Positions 62,473 to 64,000 of a stretch of DNA of 64,000 bases are shown piece after piece. This DNA comes from Octopus sinensis (Eukaryota): contig NC_043013.1 in NCBI RefSeq assembly GCF_006345805.1, forward strand, positions 3,534,001-3,598,000, read 5' to 3'. Numbering within the stretch: the first letter of the stretch is position 1; each line of letters opens with the position of its first letter. Below the pieces are notes generated by a model, which made no database searches, had not been told where the DNA came from, and was given only the letters and a program-made list of their open reading frames with translations. Both the position numbers and the translations under genes were made by a program.

Positions 62473-64000
62473 TATGTACATATTACATATACATCTACAC
62501 ATATATATATATATATACACATTTGTGCAGATGTATAATATATATATATGTATGTATGCCTGTATATAAATGAGATAATAGTTTCAGTAATAATCTGACA
62601 TTACAATAGAGAGATGTTTCTCTTTTGACATGTAATACTGAAATAGTGGAGAAGATATGATATTGCTGTGGGCTCGCACTAGGCAAAAAGTTGAAAACTT
62701 TTTTGGCCTATGACACTACATGGACCCTAAGTAAGCCTTGTGTAAAATTTGAATGAAATCGGTTGAGTAGTTCTGAAGTTTTAGGGATTCACACAGACAT
62801 TCTCATCTTTATATATATATATATAGATATACAACAGGCCCATGCATTTGCATACACACACAAATCCCCTTGTTAGGTTACTGGTATACACACACATAAT
62901 TTTAAGCTGCCCACACACACGCTTGAGCACCTTAGTTCAGCCAGGTCATCACTATTATCTCCCCTTCACTCAACATCTTTCTTCCAGTCATTTCATCATG
63001 TTGAACTGTTCATCCTTTTACATTTTTTTCTCTCTTTGCCTTTTTTCGCCCTCAGTCCTTTCTATCAAAACGCATTGGCTCGCAACGTCACAGACTTTTC
63101 CACTTTTATCAAGTATGAAACTAATACATCTGCTTGCTGATTTTTCACCCGTTTTCTGTAAATCTGAACTCTATATATAAATATATATTAGTTTGTCCTT
63201 CAAATTTAATAATGCCCTAGCAACTCCCAAAACTAAATAGATACATTATAACCTAGTTAGTGACCAGGTCACAACTGATGCAATGAAAATTTTGATATCA
63301 AATAATAATGTTTAACCCTTTAGTATTTAAACCAGCCAAAATAGCTAATCTGTTTTATGTTCAAACTGACCAGATCCAGGCCCTCACACCTACCCTACAA
63401 TGTTATTCTACATTAAGTAATTACACCATCAAGATCTTGAAGATATGAGATAATGCATGATTAATTCAAATCAATGGGAATTAATAGGCATTATGTTTGA
63501 TTGAATAATCTGAACACTAAAAGGTTAAGGAAACGTTTTGTATAGTTTTGAATGGTTTATATGCCCTCCATGCTGTAATTGTTTTACTTTTAATACAAAG
63601 ATTCAGATGAAATCCCTTGTTGGACAAGTATATCTCTTGAAATTTAAATAAAAAATGTGAAAAAGAAATAAAGAAGAAAAAACAGAAGCTGCCCAAAGTT
63701 ATTTTTGTATGTTGGTGATCAGTGAAGTCAATGATTTGGTGCCTCAACAGGTGAGCATGTATCCATGCAGGGAATCAAAGAACCACGGCTGCTACACTTA
63801 CACTACACCTTCAATATACCTCAATGTATAGTGCATTGTTGCAAATGTGATACCCTCCAAACTCACACACTATTACAATAACAGTCTTGCTGATTGTTGT
63901 ACCATATTTAGCCATCCATAATAGAATTATGACCATAACTGACCATACGGTGCTTCAACAAGGGCTGCAGTCATTCTGTAGTGAAACAGAAAAGTGCAAC

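Larger units (their letters stand above)
61300..62827 (-). mobile_element. Helitron-like element with nested insertions
   Basis: Minus-strand 5' A|TCTATATA...AAAGATGAGAATGTCTGTG at 62827; 3' CAGGCAACGCCAGG hairpin and CTAG|T at 61300. Joining the two ends into one element is inferred. Confidence 0.55.

Overview
AT-rich, microsatellite-dense animal genomic DNA. The SINE and RTE families present match my recollection of coleoid cephalopod (most likely Octopus) repeats; the species cannot be fixed from sequence alone. There is one 100-N assembly gap at 9837-9936. The only confidently identifiable gene is a complete TDP-43 (TARDBP) orthologue on the minus strand. It has four coding exons (50018-49781, 34897-34731, 34555-34415, 34298-33639; 1206 nt, 401 aa), canonical GT-AG introns including a 14.9-kb intron, probable 5'UTR exons, and a CCAAT/YY1 promoter near 50.1-50.4 kb. 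The rest is mostly transposable-element debris: tRNA-derived SINEs, RTE LINE fragments, Penelope-like remnants, a DD37D (maT) transposon, non-autonomous Helitrons and MITE/foldback elements. The most interesting unexplained signals are three. (i) A TE-free region downstream of the TDP-43 stop carries a chain of strong splice signals, including a predicted 3'UTR intron that would excise the proximal poly(A) signal; this resembles vertebrate TARDBP autoregulation. (ii) Minimal hammerhead-ribozyme-like motifs occur in repeat termini, including a tandem pair 447 nt apart (retrozyme-like). (iii) Long near-perfect inverted repeats lie in and upstream of the gene. These three are predictions read by eye and are untested.
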